Positions 37,185 through 51,100 of a DNA stretch of 64,000 nucleotides are shown here, piece by piece. Position numbers and translations under genes: made by a program. The DNA comes from Phallusia mammillata. Lineage: Eukaryota. The DNA is taken from positions 4,588,001 through 4,652,000 of the forward strand of contig OZ281498.1 of assembly GCA_965637545.1 (NCBI GenBank), read 5' to 3'. Position 1 is the stretch's first letter, and the number at the start of each line of letters is the position of its first letter. The notes below the pieces were generated by a model, which made no database searches, was not told the DNA's origin, and saw only the letters and a program-made list of their open reading frames with translations.

Positions 37185-40100
37185 GCTCCAGGCTTATCTT
37201 TTGGGAAATCGCAACAGTATGTATTTTAAATGCTTGAAATAAACCACTGAAACAAAGCTTATAGGAAAAAAAACTGTGCAGAAAAAAAACACTTTACTAC
37301 TTGCACAACTAAACGGCACTACTGCTAAAACACAAACAAAATGGCGTTTGCACTTAGCGCCTGTGAGTTCGGTTGCTTAAGCCGATACTGTTGCACAACG
37401 TTCTGTTACGTACTCCTGTAGTTGACAACTAATTTTGAACACAATGCGATTTATGTCAAATTATATACATGTTCCCGTGTCAGTTGTCAGAAGCTTTGTC
37501 ATTGCTTTTCTGCACGACGAAATGCACACACAACAAGGACGTAGTGAAACGTCGGATATTGTAAGGAACTGTCAATTATAAACAACGTCGAATAAATGTT
37601 TCTGAAAACAATTTCATCTGTCATATTGCGTTTCACGCCGGTTTTCAAATACAAATTCTCAAATGTTATTTTTAAACAAAAACAAAACAACTTTCAATTT
37701 TGAGACAAAATTCTCCGCATAACAAGTTTCATGACATTTGAATGTGTAACCTCTTCTATATAAATCTCCACAGAGCGTTAAAACCTGCTAACTGAGTCAG
37801 AAAAGTCTCTCGTTGGAACACAAACTTCAGCAAAACTTTCTGTGGGTGAAATAAAAACTTCGACAGCTGTACTTCGTCCAAAACTCGGCACCTGCAATGC
37901 GCGCTGTGTCCCTGCTACCTCGACTTCTCTCTATTCGTGTTGCCTTCAGTTCCGTCTTATGTCTGCCATCTGTCCTCCTATCCACTGCCTTTTTTTCGTC
38001 AACGCCAGAAAAAAAGAGACAACAAGTTTCGTGTACAAAGGCGCGCTGGCTTATGAAAATCCAGCAACTTGGTCCGTTAAATTTTCCTTGCGACAATTAA
38101 TCGAAAATTGATTTATACACAGCATGCTAATTTATGATAACACACCAATGCAGAGATAGCTGCCCATTAATATATGACAACTCGTGTGCCATGCTTATAC
38201 CATAAACGCCATTTTTTCTCCAACTATTTTATTACTGGTAATTTGTGGTAATAAGCAGGTGGTTGTTTGTTAAGTTGACAAGGCACCTTGCGCGTTTTCA
38301 AAATCGCTTTGTTTTGTCACAATTGGAACAGCGAAAGCGCTTGTCCAGTGCACCAGCTTAAGTAACCGGACAAAATAAATCCTTTGCAATTCATTGGTGT
38401 TTAATACCTGCAGTTGGGAAGATGAAAGGCCAGCACGGGAAACAGCAATTACCAAAATGAAGGTTAAGAACTTACATGGACGTAAATCGCTCGTCCTTTC
38501 CATTGGTCACCTGATATCAAGGTGCGTGCCACCGGGAAACAATTGTCCAAGTTTAATCCCATCCTTCCTAAACAGTCGAATAGCGCACCTGACCCGCAGC
38601 TCGGTGATTGTTTACAAACTTTGACCTCGCTTGGGCAATTAGTCAATTTGCACTTGCACTGAACAACAGGTCATTTACCTGGTAATAGTTTTGCGTCACA
38701 GGCGTTGACATGGCAATTTAAAAACATGAAAAAAAAAAACGCAAGGGCACCTAAATGTGATTTTTTTATGCAACTGGTTGCCCTTTGTAAAAACGGAATG
38801 ATGGAACTGTATTTTTTAACGCATCGATTTAATTGGGTAGAAAACGTATTTTTGTAACTGTGATTATAAAAATCTGGTTCCCTTTAAGATGCCAATCAGT
38901 TCCGATTTTTGGCAGGACAATCAAAACCGTACGGTTGCAGTTGTCTGCTGCAGCTGCACTTTAACAAGGTCGAGAAAATAAATCCCCAAAACTAAAAGGA
39001 AATGCACGTGCATATGCATCTGTCAGATGGAAAAACACAAAAAACAAGGTCACGGCTTAGAGGGCATCGCACTGTAAACGGCTTGATTGTCTGTTTGGTG
39101 GGATTATGGTATCATCGCCACATGCGACTTCATGAATTGGGGACGGCGGCAAAATTTTAATTGCACTTGCTATCGGAAAGTACTGAACGCTTATGAAAAA
39201 AAAAAAAAAAATTTTACACGTTTTTAAAAATGACAAGGAGTCAACGTGGACAATACTAAAATTGAAAAAAAAAAATGCTGATCAAGTAAAAAAATACTTG
39301 TCATTTTTGATCGACGTACATTTACGGACTAAGGTAAGTTACCTCAAATACGTATTAACAGAATTTCAAAAATAAAAATAAAATGATTTAAATGCGCCAG
39401 ACCCATCCACTATACATATGTGATACGTTGTCGTTAGTTAACGGTTATTATGCGGTATTGCATTTTTGCGCCTTTTGCGTTAACTAAGTGCATCACCAAT
39501 CACGCGCCCATTAGTTACGCTTCCACACTCGGCGCATCGCTGCGCGGCAACTTGGCACGCGCAATCCGGGGCCCGGACGGCGTTGATCGCTATTCATTAT
39601 TCCCACGAGTTCGGGCGTTTATGATATATGCGTGCGTATTATGACGGCACAATCACTTGATGCGAAGGACAGATGTTTTTGTGAGCTTTATCTTTGGCAA
39701 AGTAATCGATCGTCCGTCGAAAATCGATCATGTACGAGATAAGGAAAGTGCTGCAAAACTACTCGGCGCTGGTTTGATAAACAACCGACAAGTAGGACTA
39801 GTGTCAGTGACGCATCTGCTCGCCACCGAGTTTCGACTTTGCTCGAAGACATCTGTCGCGTTTTCCCTTAAAACTCACGACCAATGTATCGTTTGGCGTA
39901 AAAACTTTTCGCTCACGACCAAGCATTTGAAGTTTGCAGTAGTCAAAAAGCGTGTTATCAACAACGACTCATATCTTTAGCGGCAACATTGGCGACAGAA
40001 TGGATTACCACAAGCCTCATTAATTCAAAATAAAAGGTTTTATATTTTAACAGCCAAATTAGGCGTCTTGCATAGGACGTCGAAACGTCGATTGTTTACA

Positions 40101-43100
40101 ATAAAACTGCTGGATGAGCAATACTTGGTCAGTCAAATTAAAAGTTGCACCTGAATATTTTTCTCAAAAAATCTATAACATCTGGGACAGGTGCGTCTGC
40201 ACCTTTGAATTCACCAAATAGTTTTATCGTACACAGTGTTAATTTGTAGCAGGTTTGATGCATGCGTGTGGAAAGCCTTTTGTGTTAGATGTTTCAGTAG
40301 CCGTGCGAGTGGTAAAAACGGGGTTCGGTTTGCCAGTCCACAACAACAACTATCAATTATTTCTAATTTCGAGCGGAAAGTAATTCGCCTGCTCGTCACA
40401 TCTGTCTCGCGTCAGCAACAATAAACAACAATCGACAACTGATTACTGCCAATACTTATCTCATTACACAGGTTCGTGACTAACGCGAAATTTTGTCCAT
40501 AATGTCATCTGCCACTTTACAGTTCAAACAAATGACGAAAGGGCATGGCCGAAGTACCGAGACAAGTAAAAAAATTCAACCTTCTGTCACAAAACTAGGC
40601 AAAATCGCTTCCCAATGTTTGCACAATATGTCGCGCTGGTGCTATTTCGCCGTTGTCTACGCGGTCAAACGAAAATAGAGCCAAAGAGACACAAAACACA
40701 GAGATCGTAGTCACGCGCAATGACGTCATCAAGGGTCGCAAACTAAAACTGTGTGCTTGTGAAATGGGCCGAAATTTTTTGATGAAAGTCCAAAAATCGG
40801 GGCGTCGTTTTTCCCAGCTCGCAGAAGTCGGGATATTGATCGTCGGCCAGTTATGGCGCTGTTGACTGTTCGCTAAAGTAAACAGCCAGCATCTGGTTAA
40901 CGAGACGCGTAACGAAGCGAACAGCCGTCAACAGTTCAACTATACGAGTCACTTTTCGCCATACAATGTATTGATTTTTTGATAGGAAATTGGAGAACTA
41001 TATATTTTGTAAGTATCGGTGATAAAACGTCCGGCTGTCTCTCCACACAATTTTTCTGGATGAACTTACGTTTTAAAAGCGTTTCGCATAAATTGTATTA
41101 GAATTCGTTCTAAGTTTGCCATCTCACGATTTGTTACATAATATTACACAATCATAGAATATTACATAATTTAAGTACATTGTAAAAGCGAGCATTTGGG
41201 TAATTTACAGTCGATAAAGGACTCACGATATTCAAAACAGTGATAACAAGCGATATCGAGTGCCCCGAAACAAAACGGTGTAATCTTAATGGCGTAAAAC
41301 ATTTTCTTACATAATCAGGATTTAACATATTTTGAAGTTTAATGTAAGTGGTGTAAACGCTACTACTGAATAATGCAATAAAAATATATGTTTCGAAGAG
41401 TTGTGTTGCATACCCTAATCAGCATTGCAGGGGAAAAAATGTGACATTTTTGAACTTTTTCGAAACTTATTTAGCGAAATGCACAAAGAGAAGTTGGATA
41501 AAATAACAAATTTTGGAACTGTGGAAACAAAATAGTGATGGTACAAAAGTTTCTCTCAAAAAAAAAAAAGCAAAATTCATCTCTCTCCTAGCAAAATAAT
41601 ACACTATAGACGCATTTTGCTGTTTTCATTTGTTAAGAAATTGGGTTAAACAATCTGCATGCGTAACAGACTTTAACCACCTGAATTTACCCAACACTGT
41701 AGACACTGCTCATAGTAATATGATTCACGATTGCACAGATGGACTATTACGGTTTGCACCTTGCAGCTTGTTTATCAGATCGTCCCACATAGTGGCGCAA
41801 AACTAGGGTTCAATGCGCGAAGGCCAAAACAGAAATTACACACGGCCAAGATAATGTCAAGAACTGTGTATCCTTTGTCTCTGATGTGGGGAGTTTTAAA
41901 ATCTTCGGCAATTAGACAATCGGCGACAATCGATCACCGCTTGTACAAATGAAAGACAGACTTATCCCTAATGCAGTAATTGACCTAATATTTTGCATTT
42001 ACCGACCTGATCTTCATATGAGATCAAAATGGAATCTTGGTCGCCGTGGGATCTGCCAGGAAGAACAATTAACATTACGATGGCATTTAAGAACAAGCTT
42101 AATTATGTCAAAACGAAAGTAATTAATTTCTTTCGGAAAGAAAGCTCGCCCAGCTTAGGAAAATACGGGACATAAAAAACAAGAACCTGCCGGAGTTAAA
42201 TCAGGGACATGCCCGCAAAGCCCTTTAAAAAAAATTCAATTTGCCTTTAGAAATCCTCCCCTTGTCCCAGGGCAACGATTTTGATCAGCACTCGCGATTA
42301 AATTACGCCAACTCGATCGTTTTGTTATTGTCAATTTGCAGGAAAGCAGTTTTTCCGTTCGTTTCTTGTAAAGCGGGCCTGAAAAAAACCCTGGAGCCGA
42401 AAATTCCATTTTATTCAAGGATAAGTCGATTATTACCACTGTTAATGTACGGACACGTCTGTACGAATGACTTCAGAGATTCATGAAAAGGGCGCCCCCT
42501 TTGACAAGCGAACTTGTCCTTGTTTCACGCAGTCGGCTTTAAATTCTACCACAAACAAACGCGAGAAACGTTTCTTCTTGTGTATTACTTTAAAAAAAAG
42601 GAATAATAGTTTTCGCACCAAGTTTTAGCTCAAAAGTTTTGTTTGTGAAGGACTTTATGTCGCCTCGGTCACCAAAACTGTGTAATTAGACAAAGATATG
42701 ACCGCACATGCTGACATAAGGCACTACAGCAAAAGCTAATTAGCTTTCAAACCCTTTTTGACGAAGCGCAAACCAGCATTTGACCGGTCAAATTCGATCC
42801 AACGTCAGGCCATAGGCTGTGCTAAAGTCGTGTCAGGCGCTGTTGTGTTGGAATGTCCTCAGCGCAAGCGTACTTCTTGTAAAACCCCCGAGAGCGAGGC
42901 AAATTCGCCACGCCTGTCTCGGGGTTCATTTCGCACTTTCTAGGACAAAAACCGTACCCGTTCCCTTTGGTCCTCCCTTCAAACTTTTATGTCGCTGCAT
43001 GAAACCACAAGGGCGACAGCGGTGTCTTGTGACGGGCATGGAAGGAACGCGGTCGCTTTTGGCCCCGACAGAAAGCAGCGCACGACAGATGTGGATAATT

Positions 43101-46100
43101 TAGTTTTTTCATTAAAGTTTTTAACATTTGCGAAGGTTACGTCGGCAGCGCAGAGTTGCTTGAGGGACGGTTAAGGTGCGCGGCGCTTCACTGTCCGATC
43201 TGCCATGAGCAGTGGCACGCGCGCAGCTAGAAAAGCTTACGAGATGCCCCTGCACGCAAAATCATATTGCTCATGTATAAAACATATCTTGGATTCCCGT
43301 GGGCTCGGATTGTTGCTGATTTACCTAAGGTTTACTCATATGCTTATTGTGTACTTTAATCAGCAGAGCGCTGCTTAGCCGAAAGGTTCACAGCGATCAT
43401 GATTACTTTGGGACTTGTGCGGCACGCGCCAACCCCCTCACAAGGCAAACAAGCCCCGAGTATCTCGACAGCAATTACCCCGCCGGCGATTCGTTTACCA
43501 CGCTCATCACGTTATGAGGACAAAAGTGTAAGATGTTTGATGAATATTTGATGAGGTGGCGAAGTAGTTTTCACTGACCTCGTATTAATTCCCAAGCGAT
43601 AGCGGTTGATAACTCAACCACACCAAACAGTTGCCATTCTCCATTAAATTGTCGATAAAGGTAACTTTTCCCCAAAATTAGACAAACACTAACTTTTAAC
43701 AAATATTGATCTTAAGATTGCTTACTGCGCCTTGCTATGAACGTTATACAGGATGTTGCCTTAAAAGAGATTTACATTCCAACGGGTTGGTACATGAAGC
43801 AGTAGAAAACAAACGCTGAAAAAACAGAGGCTTATAGGTGACCCTACCTAGAAGTTACCAAATATGACCTGTCGGCATAGGATTGTGGCAGAAAGAATGT
43901 GTAACCGTAAAGAGAAAAAACATAAATATTTGATCGATCCATTGTGTGTGACCCCCGGGCAAAAGTTTCACAAAAAAATACTTGCCTTGGCGCCAAAACT
44001 ACGAGAGTTGCGGAACATGGGGAGACATTAATTCAACGCCATATTTCAGCAATTCAGGTCATACATATTTTATGGCGACCCTTCACTTGCTTGCGAGACA
44101 AAAATCTTATCACGAAAACTTTACCCGCTTACCAAGTTATTCGGTTGCGATTATTGAAAATTTGCCCCGAACTGCAACGAGCCGTTTGCTGTAAATGCGC
44201 CGAATTCTTTAATTATTTATGCAACTCTGAGCCACGCGATAAGTGTTAAAACTTATGTCAACTACGAGTAGCACACGAAATCGTTTGTTGGATTTGTCAA
44301 GCACTCATACCATTATATAACAGTGTATATCTTCCAGCAATAGCGAACTTCCCAAAATGCTGAAAAACGAGCAGCTCTACTGCGGGCGGGGCTACATTAA
44401 TCAGTTTAATTCGAGGACTTTTCAGTTCTTTCATAAATGATTAATGCGATCGTCTTACAGAACATCTTGACGAAAACTTATGCGCTGCCGTGATGACTAG
44501 GTTTTCCTCAGTTTGGCGAATGATAAAGAAGCCAACAATAGATGATGGCGGAACAGAGATAGAGTCCATCATCCACCAGATAATTTTCTAATTTGCAACA
44601 TCTATCCTCAGCGGCAGAACTTGCGCAGTAGTCGACAGAGCCTGTTACTTTTTTCCATCTCGCCTAACGAACCAACAAGAATTTTCACTTCTTAACCGCT
44701 TTGAAATGGTACATCCGCTGAAGTTTTGCAAACTCTATTTGCCTATTGTGGCTTATATATTTTTTTTTCACAAAGCCCGCGAAAACTTTACAACTTAACA
44801 CCTTGTACGTAAGTGTGCGTGGACAACTTTGAAAGTTTTTGGTAAAACCGCACCCTGCTAAAGTTGCTATTATTTTATAAGAGTGTGTCGAGATATTTGC
44901 CGTAATCTCAAGCGTAAAAGTGGTGCGTTTCGCGTCTAATTAAGCCTATTCTACCGATGCCACGTTGAATAATAGTAGGTAAAACCGCGTAGATTACGTT
45001 CCCCGAATTGCACTGGAAACTTCAATTTCGGTGTGAAGTACACAGCCGCCTTGTGATTTCCTTTTTGTTCAACCGATGGGATCGCGTTACCAATCAAGTT
45101 CACATAATACGCGGCCCTGAGAAACTTTTTCACGAATATTACCTCCCTTTACCGGTTTTTCCGCCCGACCCTGTGACCCCGGAACAAGCGATAAGTTAGC
45201 TGTTCGGAAAAAGTAAAAATCTTTCCGATTTCCGATTTCCTTTTCAAACACATATACTTAAAACGACCACAATTTTTTCATTATACGTGAACATTCAATC
45301 AACTGAAATAGTAAAACTATTAAAAACTCATACAAACACTACTTTTAAACTTCATTTGTTCCCGTTGGGGTTATTAACTTCCAGATCAATCTCAAAAGCG
45401 ACAATTGTTCTCTTTTATCTCGAAAACAACTTACGCAACTCGAAACGCATCTTCGGCCCATAAAAATGGCGCCTGTCTCGAGTTTTACAACACATACAAA
45501 CAGTTCGGCGCCCAAACTTTCCTTCCGCAGCACCTCGCAAAACTTAAAAGCCATAACGTCAAACTTTTGGGTTTTCTTAAGTAGGGGCCCATTGAGTTGC
45601 TTTCGCTGTGAATTGATACTGCAAATAGGGAAATGGCTTTTATTTCCTGAATCGGCATTTACGCGTTTCATATGAACATATAGTTCCAGCCAACTCGGGC
45701 AGTGCAACTAAACGACCAAAAATTATTGGTGCTAGCCTCCATGTGTCTCAAAAGAACACCGAAAAGTTAATATTTCCCACGCACCGACCCAGTTTTTGGT
45801 GTGTCATTTCTTTTAACTGGTATCCTCAGATCTATCACCCTTTTTTATTCTGCGACGAATTAGGTGTAGACCGACGAATTAGGTGTAAACCAGTTCCTCG
45901 TAAGGGGACTGTGATCATACAAAACTCAAAGCGTAAGATCTGCATCGCTAATAAAGTTTGAAGTTTGAGTAGTTAACGTTGCATGAATACCTTGTCGCTC
46001 CATCAATTTTTAATGCTGAAACCCGTGTGACAAAAGTAGCCAAGCGAACTCAATGAGCTTACCAACGACCTCATATCACAATCGCCAATACATCGTATTT

Positions 46101-48117
46101 TCTTTCAAACACAAACAACCAAAAATCCTACTTCGCATATACTTGATCCTCTAACTTTGTCGAATTCTATAGGAACGCAGACTTGAACTTTAGTTCTGCC
46201 AAAAAAATTCTCGCGCAACTAGGTCTGCCCACAAAGCCATTATAACTCGGCTGCGACTATTATTCATGTAATAAGGACCAATTTGCCACATGACTAAAAG
46301 CCAACTGACCGGTGCTCAACCTTTGGAAAACGCATCAACTTTTTCTGTTGGTTCGTTCGGGCTTTTTATACGTGGGGTAACAAAAACAGTTTTCGATTCT
46401 GAAATACCCCTCTCGTTGGACCAACTAAATTTGTCGCTACGAAACAGCATTTTTGTTTTTATCTATCATTTCCGCCGCGTAGACGGGGTAAAAGTGAACC
46501 GACTGCGTATAGTAATGTTTAACAACCCCCGAACCAACAGAAGCTATATTAGTGCTAATCAATTCGAACCAGATAACTACATAACAAATAGAACACATCT
46601 ATTAGCAGAGGAAGCCGACATACAATGGCTGTTCTTAGTAAACCACTCATCTTTGTAGGTAGACTACTGTGTCTGTATGATCTGTAGCAGAGTATAGTTC
46701 TATCGCGAGCGTATGAACATTACTCAGTTGTTCGGCGCACACTTCGCAGAACAAAGTAATTGGAATGAAATAAAACGCATTGTGCTTATCCGGTACGCGA
46801 ACTGCCTCGTAGCGCCGAAGTGGAACGCTTGTTGGTAGGAAGTTTTTTTAGAGTGGATTCTCTGTCTATCACATATAACTTGAATAGCGTTCAAACATCA
46901 ATGACATTGACTGATTCATTGTCAAACCTCAATAAGAATAAACCATGATCTATTCCACTCTCTTAAAGTCATCATTATCCACTATATTTAAGTCGTTCCA
47001 AAAACCAAACATCTGTTTTCAATGGTTTTTATAAATAGCCGACTATATGCTTAAGAATTGGTATGAGTTATAAGGGTATACTGTTTCTTGTCACCTGAGC
47101 ACAATGCATTGCATTCTATGGCCGTCAATCAAATTTTGCGGTATACCCAAATTAAAACTGAAGTCGCATAAACGAATATAAAGGAAAGTGGGGGGTTCGG
47201 GTCATAGCAGGAAGCTAGTGTCAAAGTTGCGGTCCCATGGCCGCCATCATTTCCCGTGTGACAAGGCGATGAAAAGACCTCTGGCAGTGCACTGTTTTCC
47301 GTAGGCTACCTATACTAAGAAAGCTTTCTCGGTTTTGACGAAGAACCCAACCAAGAATGGGATTCAAAGCTCCCTTGGAAACACGACACTCGATTCTGTG
47401 GCCTGCGGCATCCCTGCTCTAATCAGTAGAAACGCCCGAAATTGAGGAATGCTCTATTAAAAATAGAGACGTTTTGGTCTCAAACCGCAAACGTAAAAGG
47501 CAAAAAATGCAATTGTTACTAAGAGTACCACACCGTTTTCGTTTATTGAATTTTTTGGACAGCAAAATATTTTTTGTTAGAAGGTGTGATTTATACAGGC
47601 AAAAAAGCAACAGGTGTCCTGCATTGTACGAATAGGTGCCAAGTCATTTTTCCCCGGCGTTTCCGCTTTAGGTGCTCGTACATTTTGCATTTAGGATCAC
47701 AGGCATATGTTACAGCTACACATTCTCCTGTTCAAGATCAAATTAGAATGTAAAAAATACCACATGGGCGTTTGGTAATCCAATTGCGCCAAATCGGGCT
47801 TGTTGCACCTGACGGCTGCACTGGGAATTCGCTAATGATGAATTGATTCAACCTGTGTTTGCCTGCTGGTGGAAGCAGATTTCGTTCGCGTGGCACCTGC
47901 TCGGCAGCCGGTTTGTTGCACAATGTATTTTTAATTTACTAGTTAAAAGTATCTAAATACGAATACACAATCTGTATTAAACAAATATATTTTATGCTTA
48001 AGTTGGGTGGAGTTTTAACCCAGAATAACGCGACTTTTAAGTTCCATAGTTCATGCGCTGGTGTGATTGGCCGGTTGCAAGTCCTACTGCTCTTGCCGTG
48101 CTGTCAAAAAGTGTCTG

Positions 48118-51100
48118 TCAGTTCGTGTTCGTCGCACGCATGACACCGGAGTAACTTGATCGGGACTTTTCTTTGGGCAGGAGAGGGAATTCGCTGATTG
48201 CCGCGCTTCCACTATTCGCGTTACCAAACTCGCGGTGAGCCCTTTCCCTGGCAGGAAGCGTTAGCTCGTCGCCGATGTGTGATGCCTCGCTGGGCGCATT
48301 GTCCTGACGTTCTATTACTTCGTCCGGTATCACTTGCTGACAAGTTTTGGAGACGTTCAGAGGAAGTTTAAATGTTAGGCGGCGAAGCGCAAAATTACCG
48401 ACCCAAGCAGAAAGTATGGTGCAGTTTTGCCTCCTTGACGCGGGGCGGGAGGATTCTGAATAGGGAGCTTGCTTTTCCTTGCGAGTACTGCGGATATTAC
48501 TATAAGGCTTAGTGGCAACCTCACTACAAGACGATTAAATTCGCTTTTGGTATTCCCTATATTGTGTGTGGATATTTACGAAGCCTCGTCACATGCAATT
48601 ATGTTGGTCCTGAAATCATAACTTGACCGGGCGCCATTTGCATACGGACTGCGTTCAACGCCCATACGAAACCGATTCGTTGTCCGGCTTAGCTCCCTAT
48701 TTTGGATGGAGAGCAAGAGCTTGGAAGGTCTAGCGATCTCAGAACGATGCGAGGTATTGGAAATTGCTGGCGTCACATGTGCCTCTGGCCGGTTTGGGGT
48801 CTCCACTGGTCTTCGTAACACAAGGGGTCGATATCTACCTGTATATTTAAACGACAAGGTTTTCTTAACTACATATACTTGTTAGTGTGTATATGGTACA
48901 ATCCCGTTTTGCACCAAAGTTGCAGGCAAAAAAACGTTCTAATGATTTGGCATTGCAGTTGGATTAGGTACAGTTCCGTTGACCTTCATTCGCAACTGGC
49001 GCGTTTAAACTATCGCAGTTGGCGGTGAAATAAAAACCTAAACGTTATCAATATTTCAGTGTACTTCACGCTGATTTTTCAAACTGCATGGAAGGGTTTT
49101 GATACGTAATACGTTTAGGACGCCAAAATCATCACAGTTGACAAAAAGGTGTTAACACGAGCCGCTGCAAACGCCTACAAGTAAGCGGAAGGCGGATGAA
49201 ATTGTAGCAGGGATACTGGCGGTACAATGTGGTCAACTTACATCGGTCGGAGTTGTTGCTGTGCACAGAGAAACCGGATCCCGCAGGCGTTGTGTGAGCG
49301 GTAAGACCTGCAACGTACTTGCTGTTGATACTAAATCTATTTAAAAAAATGACTTTTCTAACGCGGTATGCAGTGTTAAGGATTGCACCACATAATTTAA
49401 ATATTGATAAAATCGGCGGGGATCGTTTTGCGGAATTGGAATGATGCCCGTTTAATTAGTAGAAACACAACTACCTCATGGCGCCCTTTAAGAATTTCTA
49501 CTTACCCAGTGAGCTGACTGTAACCGCATTTCCCCTGGTCGAATTTTCAATGATGGAATACTGGTCCTCCCTGCGGCTCTGCGGAGAAGTAAGCAGAATT
49601 TTGACAACAACAGGGCGGAGGTCGCCAAGGCGGGATATTTATACCTTTGTGTCTTGCCTAGTATGGCGGCGGGAACGAAGCGAAACATTCTCCGCCTGAG
49701 GTTCGCCGCAAGACGCGGGCTGAGAGCCGATTTTTTGTTTTCCATCTCCAAGAACAGGTGTACCGCTGCAAGTCTTAACGTAGGACTTGTGGGCGTCCCT
49801 GAGGACGTTTCGCGCACCCGCTGACAGTTCAGCAAAGTGAAACTGACTGCTGGCTCCGCTTGAAATCGAAGCTGCGCAATAAATGGATTTCCAGATAAGA
49901 TCCTACCACAAATTCAAACTGATTTAATTTGAAACACAAAATTTAACCTGGTTTGTTTGGCTTAACAACTCGAAGCTGACTTGACGTAAACATATGGCGT
50001 TGCTCTCTGGCGCCACTACGACGGTTGTGGGTATCCGGGTTGGTTGTATGAGGTCTTAGTGATGCTGCAGTGCGCATGTACAATTGCTGTTCAGGTAAAC
50101 TACTCGTTGTTCTCTGCTGTTTTTTTGATGTGTTGCCTGTGACTGGGAAGGCCACACTGGTCTGGATGACCCTAGGTAATCTAGATTCCGATACTACGCT
50201 TCGGGCAACTCCAACCCTCTCGCTCTGTCGGAAACTATCCACACTGACTGCCGTTGGAAAGAAGTTTTGTGGAACGGCGTTTAATCCGTTATTCGCCTGC
50301 GTTCTACGCATCTCTTCGCTTATGTTTCCGAACGCGACAGATCTAGAAATTTGCTGCTCGTTTATGGAATCAGAAACTTCACTTTCCCTGGTGTTGACTT
50401 TTGGTTGTCGCCTTTGTCTTTTGTGGTCCCACTCTTCGATTTGACGCTGAATTTGAACATGAGCATAACGAGGCAAAAGTCGATCGCTATGGGGTGAATG
50501 TGGAGATGAATGACGAACAAAACGGCACGGAAACGCTGCAGGTGCTGTTTTTAAATGTCTGACAGCTTCTGTTTTGCTTTGCTGCTGCGAGTTACTATTG
50601 GAAGAACCAAGGGCTCGATCTCTTGATTGTTGCTTGAGAAACTTTTGCATCTGACAACAAAGCAAATTAATAAAATACATTTTGTGCTTAAATATTGGAT
50701 GCTCATGACAAGGATACCTGCAACATATCCAACGAGTCGCGGCGGCCTTTGTAAGCGGACAAGTTTGACATGGGGCGCCCTCCAGCGACAGGAGATGCTC
50801 TTGATATTACTCGGAAGGGGGCGACGACTGTCCGTACAGCACCCTTTAACATTTTGTGTGTGATTGCAAGCTTTTATTCAGCATGATTTATGAGTTGTAA
50901 CACCAAACCAAAAGCGACTTAAACGAACACAAAACCTTTAGAAAACTTATGTAATATAATTAGGAAAAATTGTGCTGATATTTGCAACAGCATTTTTTAA
51001 GGTCCACAGCAACATGTAAGCTATTTTTTTACATACAAGCTCTTTGGTAGTCTTATGATAAATTTAAAATTATGGAACGCTTTAATGAATTAATACATCT

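Noticed and set aside
39159-39178. AATTGCACTTG resembling the miR-92/25 seed family
   Set aside because: No complementary 5' arm is visible nearby.
42717-42725. TAAGGCAC matching the 5' end of miR-124
   Set aside because: Only 8-9 nt match, the rest diverges, and no precursor hairpin is evident.
45853-45888. Short tandem duplication CGACGAATTAGGTGTA x2
   Set aside because: It is only two copies, consistent with ordinary replication slippage, and has no further structure.
37827-47923. Numerous 60-120 aa ORFs on both strands
   Set aside because: They have no recognisable domains and no consistent exon chain, and many use non-ATG starts. This is the number expected by chance.
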